The notes beneath the pieces were generated by a model. That model worked only from the letters and a program-made list of their open reading frames with translations. It did no database searches and was not told the origin of the DNA. A DNA stretch of 64,000 nucleotides from assembly GCA_964627425.1 (NCBI GenBank), contig CAZVIY010000011.1, forward strand, positions 7,763 to 71,762, read 5' to 3'. This DNA is from an uncultured Gemmatimonadota bacterium. Lineage in GTDB: Bacteria > Gemmatimonadota > Gemmatimonadetes > Palauibacterales > Palauibacteraceae. Each line of letters begins with the position of its first letter. Position 1 is the stretch's first letter. The translations under genes were made by a program, and so were the position numbers. Of the stretch, positions 9,461 through 20,300 are shown in pieces.

Positions 9461-12400
9461 ATGAGCATCCCCCTTCCCCGACTTCTCCGCTTCCCCCTCC
9501 TCGCCGCCGTCGCCGCGGCGTTGTCCCACGGCGCCGTCACCGGCGTCACGACCTCCGCCGCCCAGGAGATCGGTGAGCCCTCGGCCGACGACCCCTTCAT
9601 CCGGTATCCGTCGGTGAGCCCGGACGGAGGGACCGTGGCCTTCTCCTTCCAGGGCGACCTCTTCACCGTCCCCGTGGACGGCGGCACGGCCACCCGGCTC
9701 ACCATCCACGAGGCCTACGAAGGAGCGTCCCGCTGGAGCCCCGACGGCGACCGCATCGCCTTCCAGAGCGACCGGTACGGGAACGAGGACCTCTTCGTGG
9801 TGCCTTCGGCGGGCGGGACGCCGGAGCGTCTGACCCATCACTCCGCCGACGACCAGCTCGGCGGCTGGACGCCCGGCGGACGGCTGCTCTTCTCCACGGT
9901 GCGGACCTACGTGCAGGCGGAGTGGGAGCGGGAGTTCCACACGATGCCGGCGGACGGGGGCACCCCCTCGCGTCTCCTGGACGCCACCGGCTACCGTCCG
10001 GCCATGTCCCCGGACGGCCGCTTCGTGGCGTTCACCTTCGGCGCCAACGACCCGGACCGGAAGCGGTACCGGGGACCGGCGGACCGGGACGTGTGGCTCC
10101 ACGACACGGAGGCCGGCTCCTTCAGGAAGCTCACCGAGTTCGAGGGCAACGACGTACGGCCCGCCTGGGCCGGGCCCCGGGACCTGATGTACCTGAGCGA
10201 GCGCGACGGGACGTACGACCTCTACCGGCTGCGCCTGACCGACGACGGCCGCCCCGCCGGCGAGCCCGAGCAGCTCACCCGCTTCGAGGACGACGGCCCG
10301 CGCCGATTCGACGTGAGCGCCGACGGCGGTCTGGTGGCGCTGGAGCGCGCCACCGGGATCCACCTGCTCCGCCCGGACGACGGGGGCGAGGTCACGCCCC
10401 TGGAGGTCAGGATCCCCCGGGACGAGCGATATGCCAGCGTGGAGCGGGAGACGTTCACCGACGGCGCCGACGAGTACGCCGTCTCGCCCGACGGCCGGTA
10501 CGCCGCCTTCGTCGTCCGGGGCGAGATCTTCCTCACCGTGGCCGACACGGCCGCCGACGCCCGGACGCGCACGCTACGTCTCACGCGCCATCCCTGGCGA
10601 GACCGGGACGTGGCCTGGGCCGACGACACCACGCTGGTGTTCTCCTCGGACCGGGACGGCGACTACGACCTCTATGCCCTGACCTCGGCCGACTCCGCCG
10701 AGTCGGACCTCTTCTTCGCCCTGTCCCACGGGGTCACGCCCCTCACCGGGACGGACGGCGCGGAGCGCGCTCCCGTGGTGGCGCCGTCGGGCGACCGGAT
10801 CGCCTTCCGGCGAGGACGCGGCACCCTGGTGGTGGCCGACCTCGAGGGCGGGGAGCTGGGACGCCAGGACACCCTCCTCACGGGCTGGGCCGAGCCGGAG
10901 GACGTGGCCTGGAGCCCGGACGGCCGGTGGCTCGCCTACGCCCGGGACGACCTGAACTTCAACACCGAGGTCTACATCCTGTCGGCCGACGGCTCCCGTG
11001 GCCCGGTGAACGTAACCCAGCACCCCCGGGACGACGGCTCACCCGTCTGGAGCCCGGACGGATCGAAGCTCGGGTTCGTCTCCAACCGCAACAACGGCGA
11101 CGACGACCTGTGGTACGCCTGGCTCCGGGAGGAGGACTGGGAGCGGACCCGGGAGGACTGGGAGCTGGAGCAGCTCCGGCCGACCGCCGAGCCCGGGGAC
11201 GACGAGGAGGAGGAGACGCCCGGCCGAGACGGGGAGGGCGGCGACGTCGGGGCGGCCGGCGACACCGTGGCCATCGACCTGGAGGGCATCTGGCAGCGCC
11301 TCACCCAGGTCACCGCCCTGCCGGGCAACGAGTCCGACCCGGTGATCTCCTCCGACGGGGAGACGCTCTACTTCGTCACCAACCGGAACAGCCGGCAGAG
11401 CTGGGAGGCCGACCAGGATCTCTGGAAGGTCCGGTGGGACGGCACGGGAGCCACCCGGCTCACCACCGGCGATCGCTCGCCCCGGGCCCTGGCCCTGGCG
11501 CCCGGGGGCGAGGAGCTCTGGATGCTGCTGCCCGGAGGGCGACTGGCCCGGGCGGCCGCCGGATCGGACCGCGTCGAGCTCGATCCCGTCTCCTTCTCCG
11601 CCCGGATGGAGGTCCGGCATCCGGAGGAGCGCCGTCAGGTGTTCGACGAGGCCTGGCGGCTGCTGGACCGGAACTTCTACGACCCCGGCTTCCACGGCCA
11701 GGACTGGCGGGCCCTCCGGTCCAAGTACGAGCCGTGGGCGATGAAGGCGTCCACGAAGCGGGACTTCGCCCACGTGTTCAACCTGATGCTCGGGGAGCTC
11801 AACGCGAGCCACCTGGGCCTCTACACCGGCGACCGGGCGGACCGGGAGCCCGAGAGCACGGGCCGGCTGGGCGTCGAGATCGAGCCCGTGGAGGACGGGG
11901 TCCGGGTGGTCCGCGTGGTGCCCCGGACGCCGGCGGACCGCGAGGGGAGCCGCCTCCGTCCCGGCGACGTGATCACCGCCGTCGACGGGACGCCGGTCCG
12001 GCCCGCCGAGGAGAGCTTCTATTCTCTCCTGAACGGGACCGTCGACGAGCGGGTCGCCCTGGACGTCCGCGGAGAGGACGGCACCTCCCGGCGCGTGGTC
12101 GTCCGCCCCGCGGGCTCCATCTCCGACGAGCTCTACCGGGAGTGGGTGGATCGCCGCCGGGAGCTCACCGAGGAGTACTCGGACGGACGGCTGGGCTACA
12201 TCCACGTGGAGGGCATGAACTGGCCCAGCTTCGAGCGCTTCGAGCGGGAGCTCGAGGCCGCGGGATCCGGAAAGGAGGGATTGCTGATCGACGTGCGCTT
12301 CAACGGCGGCGGATGGACCACCGACATGCTCATGACGGTGCTCACCTACCGGCAGCACGCCTACACGGTGCCCCGTGGCGCCACCCCCGACCTGGAGGCG

Positions 12401-12820
12401 AACCACCCCCGGTTCCGCGAGCACTATCCCTTCGGCGAGCGGTTGCCGCTGTCGGCCTGGACGAAACCGGCGGCGGCGCTGGCCAACCAGAACTCCTACT
12501 CCAACGCGGAGATCTTCTCCCACGCGTTCAAGACCCTGGGGCTCGGGCCCCTGGTGGGCGAGCCCACCTTCGGGGCGGTGATCTCCACCGGAGGCGCGGG
12601 ACTCCTGGACGGCTCCTTCGTGCGCCTCCCCTTCCGGGCCTGGTACGTGAAGGCCACCGGGGAGAACATGGAGCTCGGCCCCGCGGTGCCCGACGTGGTC
12701 ATCCGGCGGAGCCCGAGCGACCGGGCCGACGGCGAGGACGAGCAGCTCCGGGCCGCCGTGGAGCGACTCCTCGACGGGATCGACGCCGGGGGCGAGCCGG
12801 AGGGCGGGGGCGGCGGCTGA
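9461..12820 (+). CDS. Tricorn-like S41 peptidase with PD40/TolB-type propellers and PDZ domain; secreted
   Basis: Signal peptide, many SPDG repeats, MLGELNASH, GYIHV, LIDVRFNGGG, NSYSNAEIF (catalytic Ser), GEPTFGAVI. Confidence 0.95.
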   Translation: MSIPLPRLLRFPLLAAVAAALSHGAVTGVTTSAAQEIGEPSADDPFIRYPSVSPDGGTVAFSFQGDLFTVPVDGGTATRLTIHEAYEGASRWSPDGDRIAFQSDRYGNEDLFVVPSAGGTPERLTHHSADDQLGGWTPGGRLLFSTVRTYVQAEWEREFHTMPADGGTPSRLLDATGYRPAMSPDGRFVAFTFGANDPDRKRYRGPADRDVWLHDTEAGSFRKLTEFEGNDVRPAWAGPRDLMYLSERDGTYDLYRLRLTDDGRPAGEPEQLTRFEDDGPRRFDVSADGGLVALERATGIHLLRPDDGGEVTPLEVRIPRDERYASVERETFTDGADEYAVSPDGRYAAFVVRGEIFLTVADTAADARTRTLRLTRHPWRDRDVAWADDTTLVFSSDRDGDYDLYALTSADSAESDLFFALSHGVTPLTGTDGAERAPVVAPSGDRIAFRRGRGTLVVADLEGGELGRQDTLLTGWAEPEDVAWSPDGRWLAYARDDLNFNTEVYILSADGSRGPVNVTQHPRDDGSPVWSPDGSKLGFVSNRNNGDDDLWYAWLREEDWERTREDWELEQLRPTAEPGDDEEEETPGRDGEGGDVGAAGDTVAIDLEGIWQRLTQVTALPGNESDPVISSDGETLYFVTNRNSRQSWEADQDLWKVRWDGTGATRLTTGDRSPRALALAPGGEELWMLLPGGRLARAAAGSDRVELDPVSFSARMEVRHPEERRQVFDEAWRLLDRNFYDPGFHGQDWRALRSKYEPWAMKASTKRDFAHVFNLMLGELNASHLGLYTGDRADREPESTGRLGVEIEPVEDGVRVVRVVPRTPADREGSRLRPGDVITAVDGTPVRPAEESFYSLLNGTVDERVALDVRGEDGTSRRVVVRPAGSISDELYREWVDRRRELTEEYSDGRLGYIHVEGMNWPSFERFERELEAAGSGKEGLLIDVRFNGGGWTTDMLMTVLTYRQHAYTVPRGATPDLEANHPRFREHYPFGERLPLSAWTKPAAALANQNSYSNAEIFSHAFKTLGLGPLVGEPTFGAVISTGGAGLLDGSFVRLPFRAWYVKATGENMELGPAVPDVVIRRSPSDRADGEDEQLRAAVERLLDGIDAGGEPEGGGGG

Positions 12821-12844
12821 GGGCGCCCCCGGAGCCGGCCCTCC

Positions 12845-14302
12845 TCAGCTCCCGCGTCGCCTCCAGAGCTCGGGATGGAAGAGGAGGAGCACGGTGAAGA
12901 TCTCCAGGCGCCCCGCCAGCATGAGGAAGCAGAGCAGCAGGTGGGACGCCGGGTCCATCCACCCGTAGTGGTCCACGGCGCCCACCTCCCCCAGGCCGGG
13001 GCCGATGTTCCCGATGCTGGCCGCGCTGGCGCCCACCGCCGTGACCAGGTCGTGGCCCAGGAGCGCCAGGGCCAGGACGCCCCCGGCGAACAGCAGCAGG
13101 AACAGGAGCAGGAAGCTCAGGATCCTGAGGACCGTCGACTCCTCCAGGGCCGTCTTCCCCACCCGGGTGAGGATCACGGCCCGGGGATGGACGCTCTTCC
13201 GGAACTCGGCGAACGCCTGCCGGACCAGGACCATGATCCGGACGGACTTCACGCCTCCCCCCGTCGACCCCGCGGACCCTCCGGCGAACATGAGCAGCAG
13301 GAGCACCACCTGGGCCCCCAGCGCCCACTCCTCGTAGTCCGCCGACACGAATCCCGTGGTGGTCCCGATGGAGACCACCTGGAACAGCGTGTCGCGGACC
13401 GTGCTCTCCAGTCCTCCGCCCGACCCGCCGCCGGCCCAGACCACCAGGAAGACGACGGCGAAGGCGCCCAGGACCATCCGGGTGAAGAACCCCCACTCCG
13501 GGTCGTCCGCGTACGCCCCGGGACCCCGCTGGAGGGCCCGGAAGTGGAGCGTGAAGTTCACCCCCGCCAGGTACATGAAGAGGATCGTCACGTAATGGAT
13601 GTACGGCGAGTCGAAATACCGCATGGAGGCGGTATGGGGGGTGAAGCCCCCCGTGGACAGGGTGGTGAAGGAGTGGGTCACCGCGTCGAAGACGGACATC
13701 CCCCCGGCCAGGAACAGCACGGCCTCGGCGGCGGTGAGTCCGGCGTACACCAGCCAGAGGAGCTTCGCCGTCTGGGCGATCCGGGGACGAAGCCGCTCGT
13801 ACGTCGGACCGGGGACCTCCGCCCTGAAGAGCTGCATCCCCCCGACCCCGAGGAACGGCAGGATGGCCACGCCCAGGACGATGATCCCCATCCCGCCCAG
13901 CCACTGGGTGAGGTTTCGCCAGAAGAGGACCCCGTGGGGCAGGCCGTCGATCTCGGCGAAGACCGTCGCCCCCGTGGTGGTGAACCCGGAGATCGACTCG
14001 AAGAACGCCATCGTCGGCGAGTCCAGGACCCCGGTGAGCACGTAGGGCACGGCCCCCACCGTCGCCACCGAGATCCAGGCCACGGCCACCACGGCGTAGC
14101 CCTCCCGCACGCTCAGCTCCCGCTCCAGCCCCGTGGCCCGGGCCATCAGGTAGCCGGACCCGGCGGATCCCACGGCCGTGGTCAGGAAGGCCCAGGCGTC
14201 CCCGTCGCCGTAGATCCCCGCCACCCCCGCCGTGACCAGCAGGGCCGACGAGAGGGCCACCAGGAGGAGGCCCACCACGTGGACCAGATGGCGTATCCTC
14301 AC
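12845..14302 (-). CDS. trkH: Trk potassium uptake membrane subunit
   Basis: Start corrected to GTG 14302. FESISGFTTTGAT, QWLGGMGII, TLSTGGF, GTTTGF, GGSAGSTGGGVK, GNIGPGLG. Confidence 0.95.
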   Translation of the reverse strand: MRIRHLVHVVGLLLVALSSALLVTAGVAGIYGDGDAWAFLTTAVGSAGSGYLMARATGLERELSVREGYAVVAVAWISVATVGAVPYVLTGVLDSPTMAFFESISGFTTTGATVFAEIDGLPHGVLFWRNLTQWLGGMGIIVLGVAILPFLGVGGMQLFRAEVPGPTYERLRPRIAQTAKLLWLVYAGLTAAEAVLFLAGGMSVFDAVTHSFTTLSTGGFTPHTASMRYFDSPYIHYVTILFMYLAGVNFTLHFRALQRGPGAYADDPEWGFFTRMVLGAFAVVFLVVWAGGGSGGGLESTVRDTLFQVVSIGTTTGFVSADYEEWALGAQVVLLLLMFAGGSAGSTGGGVKSVRIMVLVRQAFAEFRKSVHPRAVILTRVGKTALEESTVLRILSFLLLFLLLFAGGVLALALLGHDLVTAVGASAASIGNIGPGLGEVGAVDHYGWMDPASHLLLCFLMLAGRLEIFTVLLLFHPELWRRRGS

Positions 14303-14309
14303 GGTCCCC

Positions 14310-15653
14310 TCAGGCGAAGATCCGCTGGTACTCGGCCACCGCCTCCGGGAGGACGAACACCACCACCCGATCCCCGGCCTCGATCGCGTCGTCCCCTCTC
14401 GGGAGGATGACGTCGCCGTCCCGCAGGATCGCACCCACGAGCCCCGCCTCCGGCAAGTCCGCCTCCCGGAGGGGCACCCCGGCGGCCTCGGCCCCGTCGC
14501 CCACCTCCAGCTCCAGGACCTCGGCGTCGGTGTCCTTGAGCATGGCAACCCGGCGGACGTTGCCCCGGCGGACGTAGCGGAGGACCCCGCTCACCGTGGA
14601 CATCCGCGGGGAGACCACCGCGTCGACCCCCACCCGGCTCACCAGGGGCATGTAGTTCACCTTGTCGATGAGGGCGATGACCCTCCGGGCCCCCTGGGAC
14701 TTGGCCAGGAGGCAGGTGAGGAGGTTCGTCTCGTCCTGGCCCGTGAACGCCACGAAGCCGTCGATCCCACCGACGCCCTCCATCTCCAGGAGCTCCATCT
14801 CCGTGGCGTCGGCGTGGAGGACCAGGGCTTCGGGCAGCTCCTCGGCCAGCTCCACGCACCGGCGTCGGTCCTCCTCGATGATGGTGCACGCCACGCCGTG
14901 CTCGTGGAGGTGACGGGCCAGGTAGAGCGCCTCCTGGCTCCCCCCGGCGATCATGACGCGTCGCAGCCGGAAGTCCTCGTAGCCGGCCAGCGGGGGGACG
15001 TCGGGCATCTCCCCGGCCGGCGCCAGGAGATAGATCTGGTCCCCGGCCTCGATACGGCTCGCGCCCCCCGGGATCTCCGTCACGCCGTCCCGGACGATGG
15101 CAGCCGTGACGTAGCGGCGGCCCGCCAGCTCCCGGTCCAGCTCCATCAGGCTCTTTCCCGCCACACGGGCCCCTTCCCTCACCCGCAGCCCCACGAGCTG
15201 CAGCCGGCCCCCGGCGAACTGGACCAGGTCGGTGGCGGCCTCGCTGTTCAGGAGCTGGAAGGTCTCCCAGGCACATTCCCGCTCGGGGTTGATCATCACG
15301 TCGATGCCCATCCGTTCCCGGGAGAGGACGCTGTCCTCCTCGTAATAGTCCGGGTTCTGGATCCGGGCCACCCGGAAGTCCACGTCCAGCCGGGAGGCTG
15401 CGAGGCAGGCCACGAGGTTCACCTCGTCCTTGCTGGTCACCGCCAGAAGGAGCTCGGCGTCCTCCAGGCCCGCGTCCCGGAGCACCGAGCCCGACGCGCC
15501 GTTTCCCTCCACGGTGAGCACGTCCAGGCTGGCGGAGACCTCCGCCGCCCGGTCCGGATCCTGCTCCACCACCACCACGTCGTGCTCCTCACGGGAGAGG
15601 TGCTCGGCCAGATGATATCCCACCGCGCCCGCTCCCACGATGAGTACTCGCAT
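14310..15653 (-). CDS. trkA: Trk potassium uptake RCK subunit
   Basis: Start corrected to MRVLIVGAGAVG at 15653; two RCK_N/RCK_C repeats; directly upstream of trkH. Confidence 0.95.
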   Translation of the reverse strand: MRVLIVGAGAVGYHLAEHLSREEHDVVVVEQDPDRAAEVSASLDVLTVEGNGASGSVLRDAGLEDAELLLAVTSKDEVNLVACLAASRLDVDFRVARIQNPDYYEEDSVLSRERMGIDVMINPERECAWETFQLLNSEAATDLVQFAGGRLQLVGLRVREGARVAGKSLMELDRELAGRRYVTAAIVRDGVTEIPGGASRIEAGDQIYLLAPAGEMPDVPPLAGYEDFRLRRVMIAGGSQEALYLARHLHEHGVACTIIEEDRRRCVELAEELPEALVLHADATEMELLEMEGVGGIDGFVAFTGQDETNLLTCLLAKSQGARRVIALIDKVNYMPLVSRVGVDAVVSPRMSTVSGVLRYVRRGNVRRVAMLKDTDAEVLELEVGDGAEAAGVPLREADLPEAGLVGAILRDGDVILPRGDDAIEAGDRVVVFVLPEAVAEYQRIFA

Positions 15654-15868
15654 TCGGTGCGGACCTCCCCTGTGCTCCGTCCATGCTTCCCGAGCTCGCC
15701 CGCGAGAGAAGGGGGGCGTCGGTCGAACCCATCGGGAGAGAGCCGCCTCTCTCCCACCTCCCACCATCGCGACGGTGTGCCTGACGTCGCAAGGAGCAGT
15801 CCGGGCGTACGAAGCTTGCGCCGGGATCCGGATCCACCGACGGACCCCACTCCGCAGGGAGGTATCCG

Positions 15869-16729
15869 ATGATCGACTTCCTCACGCGCGTCCTGACACG
15901 CCTCGGCACGCGGTTCGACCCCGACCTGCTCGGTGCAGCGCTGGCCCGGATCTCGGTGAGCCTACTCACGTCGGCCCTCACCCTGGCCGCCTTCGTCCTC
16001 GCCTGGATCCTGCTCCGCCGACCCCTGGACGGGATGCTCCGGCGGGCCAGCGTGGACGGGACGACGGCGTCGTTCGTCCGGGCGTTCGCCAAGTACGGCC
16101 TGGTGGCCACGGGGCTCGTGGCCGCCGCGGGCGAGCTGGGCGTCCACACCGCCTCGCTCGTGGCCAGCCTGGGCGTGGCGGGCCTCACCGTGGGATTCGC
16201 GGCCCGCGACGCCCTGTCGAACATCATCAGCGGCCTGCTGATCTACTGGGACCGTCCCTTCGTCATCGACGACCTGGTGGAAGTGGAGGAGCACTACGGC
16301 CGGGTGGACCGCATCACCCTTCGCTCCACCCGGGTCGTCACCCCGGACGGTCGGATGCTGGCCATCCCGAACTCCGACATGGTGAACAAGACCGTGGCCT
16401 CGTACACGAACTATCCCCACCTGCGCATCGCCGTGACGGTGGGCGTCGGGGTGGAGGAGGACCTGGACCGGGTGCGGCGCCTGCTCCGGGGGCTCGTCAC
16501 GGGCGACCCGGACTTCATGGACGATCCGTCGCCCCAGGTGGTGGTCGCCGAGCTGGGAGACTACACCAACACGATCCAGCTCCAGGCCTGGCTCGACGAC
16601 GAGCGCCTCCACGGCTCCAAGCGGGCCGAGCTCCGGGAGCGTGTCTACACGACGTTGCGGGAAGCCGGCGTGGACATGCCGTTCCAGACGATCCAGATCC
16701 GGCCCGTGGAGGTCCGGACGGCCGCCTGA
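15869..16729 (+). CDS. mscS: Small-conductance mechanosensitive channel
   Basis: GGAGG RBS; LGVAGLTVGFAARDALSNIISG, DRPFVIDDLVEV, ITLRSTRVVTPDG..IPNS. Confidence 0.92.
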   Translation: MIDFLTRVLTRLGTRFDPDLLGAALARISVSLLTSALTLAAFVLAWILLRRPLDGMLRRASVDGTTASFVRAFAKYGLVATGLVAAAGELGVHTASLVASLGVAGLTVGFAARDALSNIISGLLIYWDRPFVIDDLVEVEEHYGRVDRITLRSTRVVTPDGRMLAIPNSDMVNKTVASYTNYPHLRIAVTVGVGVEEDLDRVRRLLRGLVTGDPDFMDDPSPQVVVAELGDYTNTIQLQAWLDDERLHGSKRAELRERVYTTLREAGVDMPFQTIQIRPVEVRTAA

Positions 16730-16828
16730 CGGCCGGACGGCTTCCCGATGGCCGCACGTCTGCCCGGTAGAGGGCCGGGGGGCGCCGACGAGTCGCGCAG
16801 ATCAACCCGTCACGACGAGGAGGGAACC

Positions 16829-17287
16829 ATGTGGAGCGACTTCAGGAAGTTCGTGGCCCGCGGCAGCGTGGTGGACCTGGCCGTGGGGATCATCATCGGG
16901 GCCGCCTTCGGCACGGTGGTGAGCTCCTTCGTCCAGGACGTGCTCATGCCCCCCATCGGCCTGCTCACCGGGGGCACCGACTTCTCCGAGCTGTACCTGA
17001 ACCTCTCGGGCGGGGAGTACGCCTCCCTGGCCGCCGCCACCGAGGCGGGCGCCGCCACCATCAACTACGGCGTCTTCCTCAACAACGTGATCAGCTTCTT
17101 CATCGTGGCGCTGGCCGTCTTCTTCTTCGTGAAGGGCTACCAGCGGATCGAGCGGGAGGAGGCGGAGGCCCCGCCCCCGCCCACCGAGAAGGCGTGCCCG
17201 CACTGCGCCACGAACATCCCCGTGGCCGCCCGCCGGTGCCCGAACTGCACCTCGGAGCTGGAGGGAGCCCCGGCGGCGGACACCTGA
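16829..17287 (+). CDS. mscL: Large-conductance mechanosensitive channel with C-terminal Zn-ribbon-like motif
   Basis: Start corrected to MWSDFRKFVARGSVVDLAVGIIIGAAFG; INYGVFLNNVISF; CPHC..CPNC tail. Confidence 0.95.
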   Translation: MWSDFRKFVARGSVVDLAVGIIIGAAFGTVVSSFVQDVLMPPIGLLTGGTDFSELYLNLSGGEYASLAAATEAGAATINYGVFLNNVISFFIVALAVFFFVKGYQRIEREEAEAPPPPTEKACPHCATNIPVAARRCPNCTSELEGAPAADT

Positions 17288-17365
17288 CGACCCGTCCGTC
17301 GAGGTCGCCGACGGACACCGGGACCCGGCCGCCCCGGCGGACCCGGCGGCCAGGCGGGCGGACGG

Positions 17366-20300
17366 TCAGCCCCCGTCCACCGACAGCGGCGAGGGCCGGG
17401 GTTCCACCACCCGGGTCTGGTACTCCTCCAGGTAGGCGCGGTCGGCAGAGTCCCGGGGAAAGCGCTCCCCCGGCGGCGGCGGATACGCCGACAGGCCGTG
17501 ATGGGGCATGGGCTCCACGGTATGCCCGGTGCGGGTGTTCAGGTCGGCGTCCTTGATCCAGCCGTTGCTGTAGAGCAGGAAGGTCCGGCTCCACCCCGCC
17601 GGGAGCTCGGGGAAGGCGTCGGACGGGAAGGAGAGCTCGATCTCGTCGCCCGGCGCCATGACCACCGACCGGCTGTCGGCCGCCGTCAGGAGCTCCCGGA
17701 CGTCACCGTACCGGGTGTACCGTCCGGTGATGGCCCGACCCCACCGGGGCTCCTGGCTCACGGAGTCGTAGTCGAACCAGTGGGGCCCGTGCCGGCCGCC
17801 CTTCCGGTACTCCCGGGAGAAGCCGCGGTAGGCCAGCTCCGCGCGGTGGGGATGGGCGGCCGTCCGGCGGAGCTCCACGTCGGGACGGGCCACGGCGAAG
17901 GAGGCCTCGTCCCAGTAGACCTCCATGCTCGTGCGGATCCGCACCCGCGGATCCTCCGCCGGGAGAAGCCCGGTGAGGTCGGCGATCACGGTCTTCTCCT
18001 TCCCCGAGGGGAATCCCAGGTCGGGCATGACCGTCCTCCAGCCGCCCTCCCCGTCCGGCACCTGCAGGTACGGCGGGACCACCGACATCCGGGGGTTCTG
18101 GCCGATGGCCACGTTGATGCTCGCGTCGGTGGGGAAGACCCATCCCCGGAGGAAGAGCCGGATCCGCTCCCCCACCTCCGTCTCCGGCGCCCGGAGCACG
18201 ATCTCGTGCGGTTCGGTCACGCCCTGGTACCGGGTGGGCGTGAGATCCGCCACGTGGACGTCGTCGGAGGCCCTCAGCTCGGGCAGGACGTCCTCGCCCT
18301 CGCCGTCCCACGCCGCGGCCGGGGGCCGACGGGCCGACACCGGGTGGAGCTCGTCGTTGGGCGGGCCCGGCGGTCGGAAGGCCTCGTTCACGAAGAGCTC
18401 CGCCGTGTCCGGGTGGTCCACCGCCACCAGTCGGAGCTCGTCCACGTAGGCCACCTCCCAGAGCTCCTCGGTGAGCCGGAGGGAGTAGGCCCCGTCCCGC
18501 TCCCGGAGGGCTCCCGGCGGGATCCGGACGTACTCCAGCGACGCCCCGGGCGGCGCGTAGCGGGCCGGCGAGGCGGGCGCGCCGGCGCCGCCCGACCCCG
18601 GCCCCGACCGCGCGTCCTCCGGCGCCCCGGGCCCGCTCATGATGCCCAGGGGCATGCCCAGGGCCGAGCGCCACATGACGTCGGTGACCATCTCGTAGCC
18701 CTCGCCGTCCCAGGCGTAGAGGAACGCGCAGGAACCCTTCAGCTCCTGGTCCTCGGCGGCAGCTGTGCCGGCGCTCGCCTCGTAGCGGACCTGGGGCACC
18801 CCGTTGGGCCACACGATCCGGACCACGTCCGCCCGGGAGCGGTCGGCCAGGCCGATGTGGGTCACCGGCTCCTGGACGGTCCGCGTCTGGTACAGGTCCC
18901 CGGCGCGGACCTCCACCCGGGCGCCGATGCCGAAGTGGTTGTTCTTGCCGCTGCCGTCGCGGAGGCCCACCAGCCGGAGGCGGAGGAAGTGGTTGGCGTT
19001 GCCCCCGTCGTTCCGCAGGTACGCCAGCCCCCCGGATCCGGCCACCACCAGGTCCAGGTCGCCGTCGTCGTCGAAGTCCGCCACCGCGAGACGGTCGGTC
19101 CCGGCCGGAACGGACCCGTCCACCACCTCCGGCGCCCGTCGGAAGCCTCCGTCCGCCCGGCCGAAGAAGACCTCCAGCTGACGACGGTCGGCCCCGGCCC
19201 CCGTGGCCGCCGCCGGGCCCACCCGGATCAGGTCCAGCCGTCCGTCGTTGTCCAGGTCCGCCAGGCGGAGCGCCGCCGGGGCCCGGGCCGGGTCCGACAC
19301 CGGCCCCCCGGCCCCTCCCCCGGCCGAACTGTCGCCCTCCCCGGGGGCCACGGAGCCCGACCGCCGGAACGACCCGGTCCCGTCGTTCTCCAGGAGGACC
19401 GGCGTCCGTCCGTCCCGGGCCACCACCAGCTCGGGCGCCCCGTCGTGGTCCACGTCCCCGGCGGCCAGGGAGACCCCCGCGCGCCCGTCGGACGCCGCCG
19501 CCTCGATCTCCCGGGCGTCGAAGCGCCCGTGGCCCCGGTTCCGGTACAGGTGGATCGAGCCCCCGGGGCCGGTGGCCACCAGGTCCAGGTAACCGTCGCC
19601 GTCGACGTCCAGGAAGAGGGCGTCGGGACGGGAGCCCGCGCCGTCGGCGGCCAGGCCCATCTCCCCGGCCAGCTCCGTGTAGGTGCCGTCCCCGTCGTTC
19701 CGGTACGCCAGGTTCCGTCCCCCGGCCGCCACGAAGACGTCCAGGTCCCCGTCCTGGTCCAGGTCCAGCACCTGCACGTCCCCGGGAGCGGTCCCGTCGG
19801 GCACGGGGAGCCCGGTCACCCGGCCCGCCGAGCCGTCACCGGCCGCCTCACCCGCCGGCCCGCCCTCGGCGGAGCGGATCAGGCTCACCCTCTCCCGGCC
19901 CGCCAGGACCAGGTCGAGCCTGCCGTCGTTGTCCAGGTCGGCCACGGCCGCGGACCGGACCTCCCCGGGGACCGCGTCGGACGGGAGGCCGCTCGCCTCG
20001 ACGAACCGGCCGCCCCCGTTCCGGTAGATCCGACCCCCCACGACCAGGTCGGGGCTTCCGTCGCCCGTCACGTCCCCCGCGGCCAGGACCCCCGGCGCCG
20101 CCTCGGAGAGGCCCACCGTCCCGGTGGCCGGACGAAGATGCAGCGCCTCGCCGGCGGCCCGGCCCGCCACGCCCCGGGCGAAGGAGAGTTCCATGGTGCC
20201 GGGCCGGACGCCCCTGGGACCCCGGAGGTCGTTCAGCGCCGCCTGGTAGGCGGTGGTCAGCTCGTATCGCCGGCGAAAGGCCCCGAGCTCCTCCAGGGCG

